This document shows, piece by piece, positions 12,240 through 25,958 of a stretch of 64,000 bases of DNA. Under the pieces are notes generated by a model that was not told where the DNA came from, made no database searches, and saw only the letters and a list, made by a program, of their open reading frames with translations. Numbering within the stretch: position 1 is the stretch's first letter; each line of letters starts with the position of its first letter. The position numbers were made by a program, and so were the translations under genes. This stretch comes from Rhizophagus irregularis. Lineage: Eukaryota. The stretch spans positions 2,790,001-2,854,000 of the forward strand of contig NC_089430.1 of NCBI RefSeq assembly GCF_026210795.1, in the 5' to 3' direction.

Positions 12240-13660
12240 AGAAAATCGCCATCACAATGCTAATCATTTTCCCGGTTCTATAGATGCTCAAAGATAAGTC
12301 GGTATTACCTTTCTTGATTCTTTCCGCACATTTGATATTCGCCGAGAAATTGGGATCATTGTCATGTGTTTAATCAGCGCAGTATTATTTCTATCATCAA
12401 ATTTTCGTCACATGACATGCAGAGATACAGTGTGTAGTATATCGAATAAAAACTTCCCAGTATCACCGTAGAAAAATCCTTTCGCATCCATACAGATTAT
12501 TGGTGTCGTTTACGAGATTATGGGTGTCATTTGTATCAGCCTATTTAATGAATTAGCTTTTATGAACGATAAGCACATTATATACACAAATTGAAACATA
12601 CCCGTATATCTAATCTTTCGAAAAACGTGGCGATGTCTTTACGTTTGAATGTAGCCTTGGCGCTTTTAATCAACTTAGTAGCTTTGTTCCTTACTCTTTG
12701 GAGCTGCCCATGGACTTGAGCTTATCGAACGAAGTTGGACTTAATAATTTCATCAAGGTCTTCTGATCTTAGACGTTCACACACTTTTGCTAATTATTTT
12801 AAGCAATCAATGAAAGCCCAATTATCAAAATTCGCTCTATAAAAGTATGAAGAAAGTCCGTCTGGAATATTCATCTATAGAAAGTCAGAGTAATCGTTAA
12901 CATAATGAAAAAATAAGGTAACGAATCACTGCTTAATTCTAATTAAACATGTTCTTGATTTAAAACATAACAAAAAACACAAAAATGGCATTGGCACCAT
13001 GGGATTCTGGAAAGAGCATGTCATACGAATTTACTAGAAGGTTTACAGCGTAAGTCCTAGTAGGCGTGCAAGGCTCTCTTCCCAAGCATTGGTCGCGGGG
13101 TCTCACATAAGTGGACAGGTCCACACGAACATAGGAATCCCACAGTGCCCAATACACTGGAAAAAGTATGTCACACGGATTTAATAGAAGGTTTACAAGT
13201 AAGTCCTAGTAGGCGTGCAAGGCCCTCTTTCCAAACATCGGCTGTAGGGGTCCCACACAAACATACAGACGTAGGGTATTGTATAATGCCCAAAAACATG
13301 ATCGAAAAGAAACGGTACTAAACTTTAATATCTTCAGCATCCTCAACTTTAATCCTTTACTAGGAGACTCTATATAATGGAAGCAAATGGTATAAGTCGC
13401 TATCAACGTTCGCAGTATATGTTTGGAAGGTGCTTACCCTCATTATCTTTGAGTTCATTAATCAAGTCTACAATGGCTAATTGCTTTCGGTCAACTTAAA
13501 AAAAGCGCGACCGGTGACTTTTTTATCGCGAATAATATTCAAGTCGTCATCGTCAAGTTCCAAGTTTTCTTTTAATAAGTCGACAAGATCGTTCGTGTTA
13601 TGTTTTTAATCTCTTCAGTGAGTGAACGAGAATTATTTTGTTAAATTACAAACAGTCATG
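12240..13660 (-). pseudogene. Decayed SAM-domain protein, possibly with a C-terminal NYN/PIN-like nuclease remnant
   Basis: Minus-strand reading near 13600-13450 gives LVDLLKENLELDDDDLNIIRDKKVTGRAFFKLTE, which is SAM-like. A DGDFLE fragment near 12250 is NYN-like. Many stops and frameshifts; ends approximate. Confidence 0.45.
13018..13258. repeat. Two diverged direct repeats, ~150-bp period
   Basis: ATGTCA.ACG.ATTTA.TAGAAGGTTTACA..GTAAGTCCTAGTAGGCGTGCAAGG...GGGGTC.CACA starts at ~13018 and again at ~13168. Confidence 0.8.
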
Positions 13661-14903
13661 ATTTTCTACGTCGAAATTAGAACTGACACGTGATTTGTGA
13701 AATGAGGGAGTTATGATTATCGAGCATCCTTAACCTATGTAGACCTTTAACCTAAACTGATAAGATTTGGTATATAATAAGATGATTATTATGTTTTTCG
13801 ATTCATATGTTCTAGTTCTGTTTGCTCTGTAGCTTCGTTTAAAGGGCTTGCTAACTAAGGCATCACCTTTTTATATGATTTGCAGTGTGTCTAAGAATTG
13901 ATTTTGGAACGTTAATATGACCGCATTACGAAAATCAGATCAACTCGGCTCATAACAAGATGCTACCTATCAACAAGAGAACATCAGTTTAATCCATGCA
14001 ATAATCTCAAGCCAAACTTTTGATCGATTATTCAATACTGCATACTGCGATCGTCATCCAATAAAATCGGATTCGCAAATGTTTCCGTTTCTTAATATAC
14101 GTATACTTGTTATGTATGAATCTTTTCTAGGATCACTAGGATCATTATAATCGCTTAAAGCAACAGTTTGTGATAAAAGACGAACGATAAAGATATAATA
14201 AAAGTAGCTGATTAATAAATAATTTATTAAAATAATTTTCTATATAAATAACGTAGCGAAGTCAAATTATCGTCAACTGTGACTTGTAAGTCCCACATTA
14301 ACGAAAATGAATAAAATTATTTTTCTAAATAAATAATTTGCAAAATATATCATAACATATATACCGTCATGGATCTTTGTATAGATTAGCGATCAGATGA
14401 ATGATTTGAAGAGAATAGTAAAAAAAAAAAAATGAATTATCGGTGTTATGCTATACAGGAAGAGGTTATAAATTCAAAAACAGAGGGACGGAGCGTATGT
14501 AAATGAATTGTTCTATTAGGTCATTAAAAGCTAAGGAGAATACATTATAAAGATTCTAAAAAAAAATTGCTATAATAATTATTAAATACAAGTTGTCATT
14601 AAAAAAAAAAGGAAAGGGGATTACGATGATTTATATGGAAGTTTTGCAATTATTGTATTAATCATTTGTTAGAATCGGCTTGCTTTGCACACTATAAAGT
14701 TGTGTCGTTTCCACGTGAACTAAAAAAAAATAATAATTAGATAAACCTTTTATTGATTAATTATTAAATAGGAATTTAAATACCTGTAACAGTCGAATTA
14801 TTACTATGTCGTTTTGTAATTTCTCTATATGAATGAAACATAAATTAAGTTAAAGCATTTTTTTTTTAATATAAATCTTTTAATTTATCGTTATATTTTA
14901 TAC

Positions 14904-16067
14904 TCACAATAATATCATAACAATATGTAAAACGATCGTAAAAGTTGGAAATATTACATAAGTTAAAATACAAAGTATTAAATTCAAAGTGAACATTGTA
15001 CGAGTTTTATCAGGAAAAAAGAAAAATACAATAGATATTGCAATTAATAAAAAATTGATTCCACAAAAAAAATTAAATAACATCATCTAAAAAAACAAGT
15101 ATTCATTACGTTAGTAATAATAATAATAATAATAAATGAAGAAGACAAATCAAATTACCTTTCGAAGATATTTCTTAAGCTTTAATTTATTTTGTTGAAA
15201 TACAAAAGAAAGATGATTTCTATCATTTTCGAAATTGTCTTCTTCAGATAAGATAAAACTATTTTTCGTTAAAGTAATTAAAATTACTCCATAATATAAA
15301 AATAAAAAGCTAATAAATAAACTGCTAACTAATAATGGAACTTCTAAAATTGGGTATGATTTTTTCTCCTGATTATAAAAATAACTTTTTAATAATGAAA
15401 AAATCAACATGATAAATACGGTAAATACTGAAACAGACCAAAAAGTAAGGTTTACGCTTTGATCTTCTGGAATCCAAATTTTTTTCGTGGGTTTTTTGTT
15501 ATGTGAACAATTATTTGTAAATTGGTCAAATGTTAAACGCGGCATGAGATGAAACATTCCCTTAATGTATAATAAAATTGCAATTATACCAGGACTCCAC
15601 GAAAGATCGTATATCATAATAACTATGAATATTTTATCAGTGAATAATCCTAATAATACGACAAGACTTGCAAAAGAACGTACTGAAAGAAGTTTATTTA
15701 TCAGATTTTAATATATAAAGATAGATTAAATCAAGAGTATAAAATACTTACATAAATAATATAATATAAACCATAAAAAGAATAAGTTCATAGGAAGCCA
15801 CGCTTCTTTAGACCAAAACTTTACATTTAAACGAAGTTTAAGTTTCCAACAAATTAATGATGCTGAGATCAGGATGAATATACAATTTAAACATGTGTTT
15901 AATATAAGAAGTATTTGATAAGTTTTTTCATCATTTTTACAATCAATGATATCATATCTCCATCTGTGATTTAAATACTATGTCATTAAACTTCAAAATT
16001 TTTTATAATGATAGCAGAATTTGAAGAACAATACTTACTCGCACCTATGTTCATCGGAGGTATCCAT
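14904..16067 (-). CDS. Multi-pass (about 7 TM) membrane protein, GPCR-like topology, 4 exons
   Basis: ATG at 16067. Three GT-AG introns join MDTSDEHRCEWRYDIIDC...LFFLWFILYYL|LRSFASLVVLLG...KKYLRK|MMLFNFFCG...IVMILL* without stops (~315 aa). Roughly seven hydrophobic stretches. Confidence 0.75.
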
Positions 16068-19000
16068 CTCAGTTCGTACGCTACGATATAAAATTAGGGA
16101 AATAAATTCAAAAAAAAAAAAATTTCTTTTTTCAAAAAAAATATTTTTATTATTTTACATATCATATTTATTATAAACAAAAACAATTTACAATTAATAT
16201 AATTAATATATCAATTAAGGAACAATAATGATTCCTTTTTAACTTGTCTATATGTTAACTGTATTGGTTTATCCTTCTCAATTGATTTGCGTCGTTGAGA
16301 TGTTCAAAATATTTGTTGGTTAATAAATTTTGTGATATGTCTGAATTTCTGGATTAAACCTTCCATCCATATACTCATTTTTAAAATTAGAAACTTATCT
16401 GCATATAATTTGTTTACAAATCTACAAATCCCAAATAGTAAAACAAAACAATCGTAAGTTTACATTATATTCGTGAAATCAAAATGCGTATTGGCTGTCT
16501 TTCGTTCTTAGAAACAAATTTGGTGTCACATTATCTAGCCCTAATTAACAAACTAGTTTATTTGTTAGTATAAACAAAATAATGATACTATGCAACATGA
16601 TCTACCATATTTGTACTCGATAATGTTTCACCCAACAAATTAATCCTGGAATGAATTAAAAGAAATCGTAAAATCTTTGGAACATACCAATTTTTTATTG
16701 GTTCTATTTTTAATTGAAGATTCTATATCGGTTCTATACTGATTTATTACGATATGTTCGATATGTTGATATTCTTCTTTTTTTTTTGCGGGTTGTTTTT
16801 TAAATGCAAATACAAATTCTGAATGCTGATTGGTCTGAATTTTTTTCAAATTCTCTGTGACCTGAATGCTAAATGTGGAAATTATATCATATGGCAATAT
16901 AGAATGTATTTTCGATGAACTTCTGTTGAAAATCGAATTTTTCATATTGACTAACATTACTTACATATCTCTTCAGGGAGTGAACTATATAATGTCGTTT
17001 GTATTTTCCAAAAAGAAGTTTTATTTTCATGTGTATAACCTTATGGCAATGAAATATGTAGATATTACAATTATGAAAGCCGTAGTGATGTACTTAAATG
17101 ACCTAATAATACATACATGCCATGTGTAAAGCAAATTTCAATATTTAACGATTTGAATTTGGATGATTTTATCACCTTTTCTCTAAATCAAAGAAGTTTT
17201 TAATCGAATCAATTTTATAGGTGAATTTCGTTCAAATAAAGTCCGTGCATATGTACTAAATTGGTTCTCGGTTTTGAAATCATGGCTATGATCTACGAAG
17301 TCTGATTTGCGGACATAAGTATTTTTTAACTAAAATCTTATGCAGGTGTTTTACGTATTTTTAGTACAATTTTGGTGGATCATATATAATATTATTATAT
17401 TATAAATATGTTACATATACTGGAAGAGTAACTCATTAACTTGTTTCTAGTATTTTTTTTATCATATTGGATCAACTAATGTATTATTGAAAAAAATACA
17501 TATCGCTAGGTGATGGAAAGAAGTATTATTTTGACTATTTTGGCCGAAAGGATTATTTGAGATCATAATTGTTTAACTATAAAAATGCAAATAGTACGAC
17601 GAAGTATTTAGTAATTTAAGAAAATCTTTCCACTGTCTTGGCAATATACAGTAAATAACCTAAGCCACAACGATATATGAATTAATCTACTAATACTATT
17701 ATAAACATATTCCACTTTTCGAAGCCAGAGTAATAATAATTTGATGTGTCTATATCTTGACACAAAGGAAAATGTTTCGTTCAAATTTATGGTATAGCAT
17801 GAGGTTTAAATATTGACATCAAAATAAAACCGCTGATAAATGTCAAACAATCTAGATGGATGAGAAGCGAGTGGCTGTAATTAAATATTGACGCTGTATG
17901 GATGCATACCAGGAACCACTGAAATTGTAAACGTTGATCAATCTGGTTATTGCCATTATATAGTAAGAGCCAAAAATCGTTACTTAATAGGTATTCATTC
18001 AATCATTCCCAACAGCTTGAATTAAAATTGCACTCTTAAAAAAAAAATAAATGCAACAAGTTTTTTCAGATTGGTAAAATCCATCATTATTATATTATAA
18101 TATTGATAAATCCGAAAACTTTAATAAATCTTGGAGAAAAGATCCATGCAATTATCAAGAGGATCACTGCAATCCACCTCTTCTTTGTACGAAACTCGTT
18201 CATGCAAAGTTCATCGTAAGTATGAGAGATTTAATTAAATTTGGACTAAACAAGAAAAAAAAAATCGATGTGAATAATCCAGCTTGTGTCGTTAAACAGC
18301 TAAATACTTTCTCTAGTTATCTCATAAATCTCGTAATCCTCGTAAATCCCGTAAATACTGAAAATACCATATTTGCTGAATCTCATATAAATCGTTTTTA
18401 TATATATAATAAAATAGCTTTGGATAACCTTATTGCAAAAGAATATAATTAAATAGATACCAACATGTGAAGAATAAATAAAAATTCATGACATGCAGCG
18501 AACTAAAAAAGAATAATTCGGCCCTCTAAAAGTATACATAAAGTTATCATTGAACTCATTATTGTAATTCCTATCTCTTATTTATCGGGTTATTGCTTAT
18601 TTGTGTAACTATAATGGCCATTGCAACTTCAGGGGTTAAATCTCCTCAAAAATCATTAAATAGCTTGTAGTTTGTCATCATTATTTTCGCAAAAAAACAA
18701 CGAGAAAACATTTTTGTGAAAAATGAGAGAACTTATTTGTCGTATAATTGTCATAGGCGGGCGGCCAATATTGTGCATTTGTGCTTCGCATCATATTATA
18801 TGAAAATTATGCCTCGCATAAACTGAATTTGTAAATTTAAATAAAAAATATGCTCCACACAAACTCAATTTATCAATTTTAAATGAAAGTTGTGCTTCGC
18901 ACATCAATTTAAGTGCTGGTCTTGATATAATCAGTTCAAATTATGCAGATCTGGGGGTGAATTAAAAAAGGAAACTTCAAATGAAGATAAACATTATAAA

Positions 19001-20771
19001 GTTTCTGATTCGTTCAATAAAACTAACCTTTTTATAATACAAAACGCACTTCTGGTTTGGTAGTTGATTTTACTATAAAAAGAATATTATCATATTTAAG
19101 TACATCCCCAAAATAAGCACTATGAAAATCCTTTGTATAAATTTTAATCAATAATTGTAGAAGTACAGTATTACTATCACTAATTACTTTTGTCATTAGT
19201 TTCACTTATTACCAATTTCTTTCTTATCTTATTTGTCCAGTTCACGCTTGCTTTAACCTAATGTCTGATCATAAAAACATTAAGATTAAAGTTCATCATC
19301 TCAAAATTAATAAAGCTGTACAACAATTCAGATGATCATCAGATAGTATTTGGCGCAGCTTGATAAAAAAAGACAAATATTTTACGCTCGAAAATAAGTA
19401 GTAAAGAAAGGTTGCTTATTTTCAATAAATATGGTATTAGTAAATTGCTATTTCTAAAATTTATTACAAACTCATTAATATTCTGTATTTCTTGAAAATT
19501 CTACTTCTTCTAAAGTACAAAGTAAAGCTTTAAAAGTTCTAGTGTAATTGCAATTCAATTTTAAATAGTATTAGCTTTGAAATTGAAATTTTTTTCAAAA
19601 AAAGTTTGTAAATAAAATAGATATATATCTGATCATTTGATGCAGAACATTTGTTATTTTTAAAAAAAATTTTTTGTCAATTTGGTCCTCTTTTTCCAGC
19701 ATTCAGTCCAAATATTTCTTTTTTTTTTTTGTCAATATTTCCATTCAAAAGTATGATTTTTATTAGTTCTTTAATTTCTGGTTTTTATCCTTTTTATCAT
19801 TTCTTGATAATTTATTGTTTGCTTTTCTTTTAATATGCCATTTACAAAAAAAAAATATTATTTCTATAAAAGAATAAATATAAATTAACAAATGACAAAA
19901 AGCTACAAAACAATATTATAAAATTTATATATATTATTGTATTTTATATATTTTAATTATATTCCAATTATTAAATTGATTAATATATTTATATTACAAA
20001 TAAAGGAATTATTAAATTTATTATTTTTAATAGGAGTTTACTATTTATTACTATTGTAAACTATATTTTATTATATTTATTATTTTATAATAAAGTTATT
20101 AAATAATTAAAAATTATAAATTCTACCTTCAAATTTAACTAAAAATTTAAAATTTACTAAAAATTTATTCTTTATTTTATACCTATAAAATTCTATTAAT
20201 CACTTTAAATCTTAATATTTTTTTTTTTTTTGCAAAGTAGTGCAATTTGTGAGTTTATTAATTATATAAAATACAGAAAATTCTGTTACATGTATAATTA
20301 ATTTGCTTAAAACTCCAAACCAGTCCTTCATCTATAAGATTGCTCCTGTGCCCTACTATCACCTTATGAAATTCTCATAGTAGCTATCAGATTATATAGA
20401 ATCATCATAATCATATGGTTTTAGTAAATGTTTTTACTACTCTCTAAACAAAAGGAAGTATTATGTTTGTATTTATACAATTTGATATTATTATATACCT
20501 TTCAAATTACTCTATTTCCTTCTTTAACAAATTAATTTATATATTGTTTTGTTTTTTCTAAAGCAACTGACACTGTTCATTACGCTTGAAAATTTTTCTT
20601 CCTTTCAGGTCATACACACCACCTTCTATTTGCTAAGTTGGAATTCTCTCATATACAATATATTGTTGTGCTGATATTTTTTTCTTTAGGTCTTGCTTTT
20701 TGATTCCTTTTGTATGTTCCTGGTTCAGGACAGGACCTGGAAATAGTTTGCTAATTTTATTTTTGACAACC

Positions 20772-21657
20772 ATGTCTATTTGTGGAACTGCAAGGTCTGT
20801 GTCACTACGAGAGCTTCCGACAGAGTTAATACAGTTTATTCTAAAACATTTTGCGATACAGGATCTTAAAAAATGTCACAGTATAAATAATATATGGGGA
20901 GATGAAGTGATTCAAGAAATTCGCAGAAGATTGTACATTTATTGATTTTAAAGAAACTGTTAAAGCACAAACTGTTAAAGCACTGATCAATTCCCGATCT
21001 CTGTATAGCAGTATTAGCAAAGCACTTGCCAAAAAAATAGACTTATATATTTGTAGGGAATTTGGTTCAAGATATCCCACAGTAAAAGAACTTGCCATTG
21101 GCACACCAAATGCTGATAAGAAAGTGATGATAAGAGGATGGATTAAAAGAGAAAAAGTTGCCGTCACTTTGCCAAATATATTTGATGGGTTAAAACCACC
21201 TTCGTATTTGGGAATAGATACAAAAACTTTCGTAGTTGTTGACAAGCCTGAATATGATTTGGTTTAGGTAATAATTGGCTAGTAAGATTAGGATATAGGA
21301 TTGATGAACGCGATGCAAGATATTGGGAAGATAATGAAGAGAAAAGACTTTATTATGTAATAAATAACATTGATATACTATCTCCTTCATTATATACATT
21401 CTACGAATAGTTGTTTTCTGATTTTACCGCATTCAATTCAAATGGGGAGGTCATAATAACCAAGTTTTTCAAACATTATACGGCTATGGACAACCTTGAT
21501 CTAAGTGAGTATTATGATTTGGAATACTCTGAAACAGACTCTGAATATTGAAACAGACTCTGAATATTCTAGCTCTGGCTCCAAAACCGAATCAGAGGAT
21601 GAAGATATCTATAGTAATAATGTGTCTCCTCCGATAATTATGGGTACAGCTGAATAA
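20772..21657 (+). pseudogene. F-box-like protein, frameshifted
   Basis: MSICGTARSVSLRELPTELIQFILKHFAIQDLKKCHSINNIW fits the F-box pattern LPxEl...I...L...DL..C..vn..W. The frame is lost near 20940, followed by stops and an acidic tail. Confidence 0.55.
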
Positions 21658-22280
21658 TTATCTTAGACAAGCAGATAGTGCACAGAATATTATTTCTGCG
21701 TTTCTTAGTCGAGTTAACATTACCCTTACCTTTACTGGAACCGGTAAGCTTCTACCGACCTAACTAGCCCAGTGCGGTGATCACCAGCTCGGAAGAATTT
21801 TGCTGAGCGACAAATTGTACGACAGAATAAATGGAAGGTCCGTGCCGACCGTGCGACATCAGTATTAATTTTCGCAAATAAAATACAACCACAAACGCGA
21901 GAGGAATGTGAAAATGCTTTGTTGCAATACAGGGCTAACCTATAAGTTAATATTAACGTCAAAAGCATATGTTACGAAGGGCGGAAGACTTTGCAATTCT
22001 GAGATCGTCAGGCGCAAAGCTACTTAGAGTCTTGCGAGAAAGATAGCTAAATTAAAAGGAATCAAGATTCCGATTTCATGTACCTTCTTGGTTTTTTTGG
22101 CATCATACGACAATGTTAATCATATACCTGCTGGCTTTTTATTATTCCGCTGATAACAGTAAAGAGATATAAAGCGTGAAAGAACAGGCAGAAGTTCAAC
22201 TAACCCTCCCGCGAAAAATTAAGGTGCGTATATGCAAGTGTTTTCATGCAAATAATCTCATTAAGGATCAGGAATCCAGT

Positions 22281-22546
22281 ATGACTGATATTACTCTCAA
22301 CTGCTGTATTGTTTCTAATGATCTTCTATGTGATAGAACAATTACAATTGATAGGGGACAAATAGTTAGCGCTCTTGAAACCGCAATTCAAAACAATCTA
22401 GGGGCATCTTTTAATAACATTCCTCTAAATTCATCCTAGCAGTGTTGATGAAAGACGTATGCAATCGCAGGCTTTAATTTAATGACCAACCTCATACAGA
22501 CTACGTTCATATCAAAGCATATCCCGTATTACCAGAAAAAGAATAA
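22281..22546 (+). pseudogene. Stand-alone Crinkler-type ubiquitin-like N-terminal domain, frameshifted
   Basis: MTDITLNCCIV...ITIDRGQIVSALETAIQ...DQPHTDYVHIKAYP*. Matches the CRN N-domain layout (ITLxC start, VSxLxxAI, terminal HIxxxP). Confidence 0.5.
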
Positions 22547-22728
22547 TTTTTTGTATTATGCAGTACGATATATTCACATTTTTATATACTGTTAGCCAGT
22601 TTCCGGCAATGATTTATTATTACATGTATAACGGGCTACGCCCTGACTCTTTTATTAATAAAATTTGATTACATTTGTCATGTAACATTGAATATTTTTG
22701 CCCTGCATGTAAAATTATTAACCATGAC

Positions 22729-24647
22729 ATGACAGTTAATGATACTGCAGTTAACCTATCTGAGCTTGATTTATTAAGACAGCGCAACGCTGAGCTGAAG
22801 GCCGAGCTTGAGGCAGAGCGTGAAGAAAAGAGAATAAGTGCTTTTTCATTTATGGAAGAAATTGACAAGCTTAAAAAGAAGAATGCTGACCTCTTTACTG
22901 AGAATTTCGATCTTAAGGTAGCGAATTTCAGGAAGTAAGGTTGCTTGCCGAAACCTAGGGGTTTAGGCAAGATGGCGTTTCGCCGAAAAGCGAAATTCTG
23001 CTAAAACTATATTAAAATTATATTAAAAAACTGGCGAAACTTTGGAGAATGGCGAAACTGCCGAAACTTATTATAAATGCTGAAACTGCTGAAACTCTGC
23101 CGAAACTATAATAAATCTATAGTAAAATTTTGACGAAACTAATCGTAGGATTTTGAAGAGGTTTAGACAAGCAACCTTATCAGGAAGGAACAAGAACTAA
23201 AAAATATGGAACTTGAGAATAGACTCGTGAAGGTAGAACAGAGCTCTTCGGTGGATGAACAACCACGGGACCAGTCCAACAATGCCAGCAGTTCTGCAGA
23301 GAATGAACAAGGTTCTCCAGTGGATGCTTGCTCCGCTTTCTTAATCGAGGAGCATAAGAAAGGTATTAGTGAAGAGATAAGGCAGAGGAATAGGGAGAAG
23401 AAACTCCAGCGTGAATCAGCTGGCCAGGATAGCTCTTCCTCAGAATTATCTCACGAAACAGAGATTATTGAAGGTATTGCGAATTCTGCTGTGGATTCGA
23501 ACACCATTAGCGATCGGAGTGCTTCGGAAAAAATAGGGAAAACTGTATCCCAAGGATACGATCAGAGTGCTTCAGAAAATTTGGAAGAAATCGGGAAAAC
23601 CGTATCCTTGGGATACGATCAGGTGGCTTCAGAAAGTTTGGAAGAAATTGAGAGCAAAGCTGACTATCAAGATAAATCGGTGGTAGGACCGAGCATAGTA
23701 ACCGAATTCGTACAAGGTTTGTTGGAAGAGCTACTCTCATCTGACAATCAACTTCTGAAAGATGTAAAGTTTTCTTCTCCCAAAACTATAATTTCCGGAT
23801 CGATAAGTATTAAGAGACTTGCCAATTCATTCTGCCAAGCAAATGGTGCAAGAAATAGATCGATCACAACAAAGCGATCAGAAATTACAACCTGGCGTTT
23901 ATTCTCAGAAAGATTTGAAAACAAGGTCCTGGAACCTAGGGCTGAAAATAAGAAACTTGCGGATAGAACTGCAAAAACACAAATTTATTCTGAAATGAAA
24001 CCATACCTTACAGATATTTCAGATGAATATTTATGTGTGAAGGCCTTTAAGGCGAGAAAATTAACAAGTTATTTGGGTTTGAATATGATCCTGTAACTCT
24101 GAAAAAGATTGATGGTATACCAGGGTATATGGTTAATCGGGTCACCTATAGTGCTGACAGAATTTCAAAACTCACTAATCCTCAAATCGAATACATCATA
24201 GAACAGGTCAAAGAAGACAACCACTAGTCCTGTAAACGAAATCTCTGAGAGTGTGGCGGTTACTTCAGCTTATGATTCTAACTCAGATGACTGCCTAGCT
24301 GGAATTACGGAGGAGGTCACTGGGGTGGTAAGGTGCCTCCGAATTCAGAATCTGACTCCAATTACGACAAATCTATGGAGCGAATCTATGATGAACTCAC
24401 ACACAAAGAAGTAGCGAGGTTAGAAGCACTAGAGGCAATTAAGTCACAGCCTAACATTGACTTCGTTCTCGATGATGAAAAAATGGACGATAAACCTGAA
24501 GATATTAATATATTCGATGACATAGACTTTGATCTCGACGAGGAAATAATGGACGATAAACCTGTCGACTCGAATTACCCGATCAACGCTCGAACAGAAG
24601 GAGTTTTGACAGGCATAATCTGGTCGAATACCTGCGGAATATCTTAG
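22729..24647 (+). pseudogene. Lineage-specific coiled-coil/acidic protein interrupted by a MITE and frameshifts
   Basis: Removing 22936-23187 (MITE plus one TSD) fuses ...KVANFRK|EQELKNMELENRL in frame. The reading continues through frameshifts near 24060 and 24210 (YSADRISKLTNPQIEYIIEQVK) into the acidic 24333..24647 ORF. Confidence 0.75.
22936..23179. mobile_element. hAT-type MITE (244 bp)
   Basis: TIRs TAAGGTTGCTTG / CAAGCAACCTTA. Perfect 8-bp TSD TCAGGAAG (22928-22935, 23180-23187). Internal CGAAACT repeats. Confidence 0.95.
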
Positions 24648-25329
24648 AATGTATTAGTTTTTTTATGTGTCTATTATGATTAAATAAAGTACCATTTTTG
24701 CATATAATCCATTGCTCGTTCATGTGACTAACCGCAGCTGCAGTGCTTGTTTTGTCCTCACGGTCATTTTTTGAATCATGTGAGAAAAGTCACAAAATCA
24801 TACCGCAGTAAACGTCATCGATATCATATGTAAAATATGCCGCAGTATAGTGTTAAAAAACAAGTCATACCTGTAAAAAATACTGACCAATAAAATCGTT
24901 TTCCTGAAAGTTCTGGCATAAATTTTTGCGTATCGCAGCTAAAAAAATACGTATATAATTCTATCCCTAAAAGAGACCACAAGGACCAAGTGATGCCGTC
25001 GAGGTGATCAAAGTAACTCATCTACCGCATCGATCGGCTGCATTAACAATAAAAATGGGCATTATTTTTGCACATCCCATTAATAATCCACCATGAAATA
25101 ATAGCTTGCGTATTTGTTTGCATTAATCAATCCAGATTACGCATATAGTTTACTACCAAATTAGGATAAGTTTGCGTAACTCAATTCATTATTTCATGAA
25201 TAGCAATTTTTCGCGCAGTATAAATAGTCTTGCCTTCAGCAGATAAAGACCTTTAACTGTTACTATCTAAAAAGTTCCAAATAAACCTGCATACTGCTTT
25301 TTTGAAACAATTTACAAACTACAGATAAC

Positions 25330-25958
25330 ATGAACAGACGTAACATTTTTTTGATTTCACTCTTCATTTCCGTTGTTGCATTACATGAGATGCTTACCCG
25401 AGGCATCTTAACAATGGACATGATCCAGAATGTTTTTTCGGGGAACGTAATTATATATGCAGTTGTAGCAGTTACATTATCTTTTTTTCATCAGCCTGAG
25501 ACAAATAATGAACTTGAAAGAACAGTCCTGGCACTAAATAATGAAATCCAAAGAAATACGCACTGAAAACGAATGGAAGAATGACGCAATATCACAAGGT
25601 AAGCCTATCATGCCGCAGTCTGCAGTCTGCATGTGATTCATGCCCGTGACGATACATAATATGCGTTTCATTTCTTTTAGTTGGATCAAATCGATTCTCT
25701 TCCATAAGTCGTTTATCCGCACGTACTGAATATGACGACGAAACAGAAATGTATTGGGTCAAATTCACTGCCATTTTCGATCAGAGAAGAAAAAAGGGGA
25801 ATCGCTCTCCTACACAAATGTACAATATATTATCTGATGAGATCGGACTTAGTCCTGGCACATTAGCCAGCTTCTATCATTTATTTCATGAGGAGTTGGG
25901 AACATTAGGGTTTTTTTCCCAATCACAGAACGAATCCAAGAAAGACTACGATAGATAA
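25330..25958 (+). pseudogene. Decayed small gene with two N-terminal hydrophobic segments and an HTH-like tail
   Basis: The 78-aa ORF is hydrophobic. The downstream fragment TQMYNILSDEIGLSPGTLASFY looks HTH-like. Stops and frameshifts separate the two. Confidence 0.35.

Noticed and set aside
16200..20300. Short ORFs and a lone hAT-like end (TAGGCGGGCGGCC at 18755 with GTGCTTCGCA repeats)
   Set aside because: No coherent gene model, and no matching terminus or TSD found.
22624..22660. Helitron 3' terminus as the explanation of the GGG-loop-CCC motif
   Set aside because: No consistent CTRR follows the hairpin, and no Rep/helicase is in the window. Not excluded for non-canonical Helitrons.
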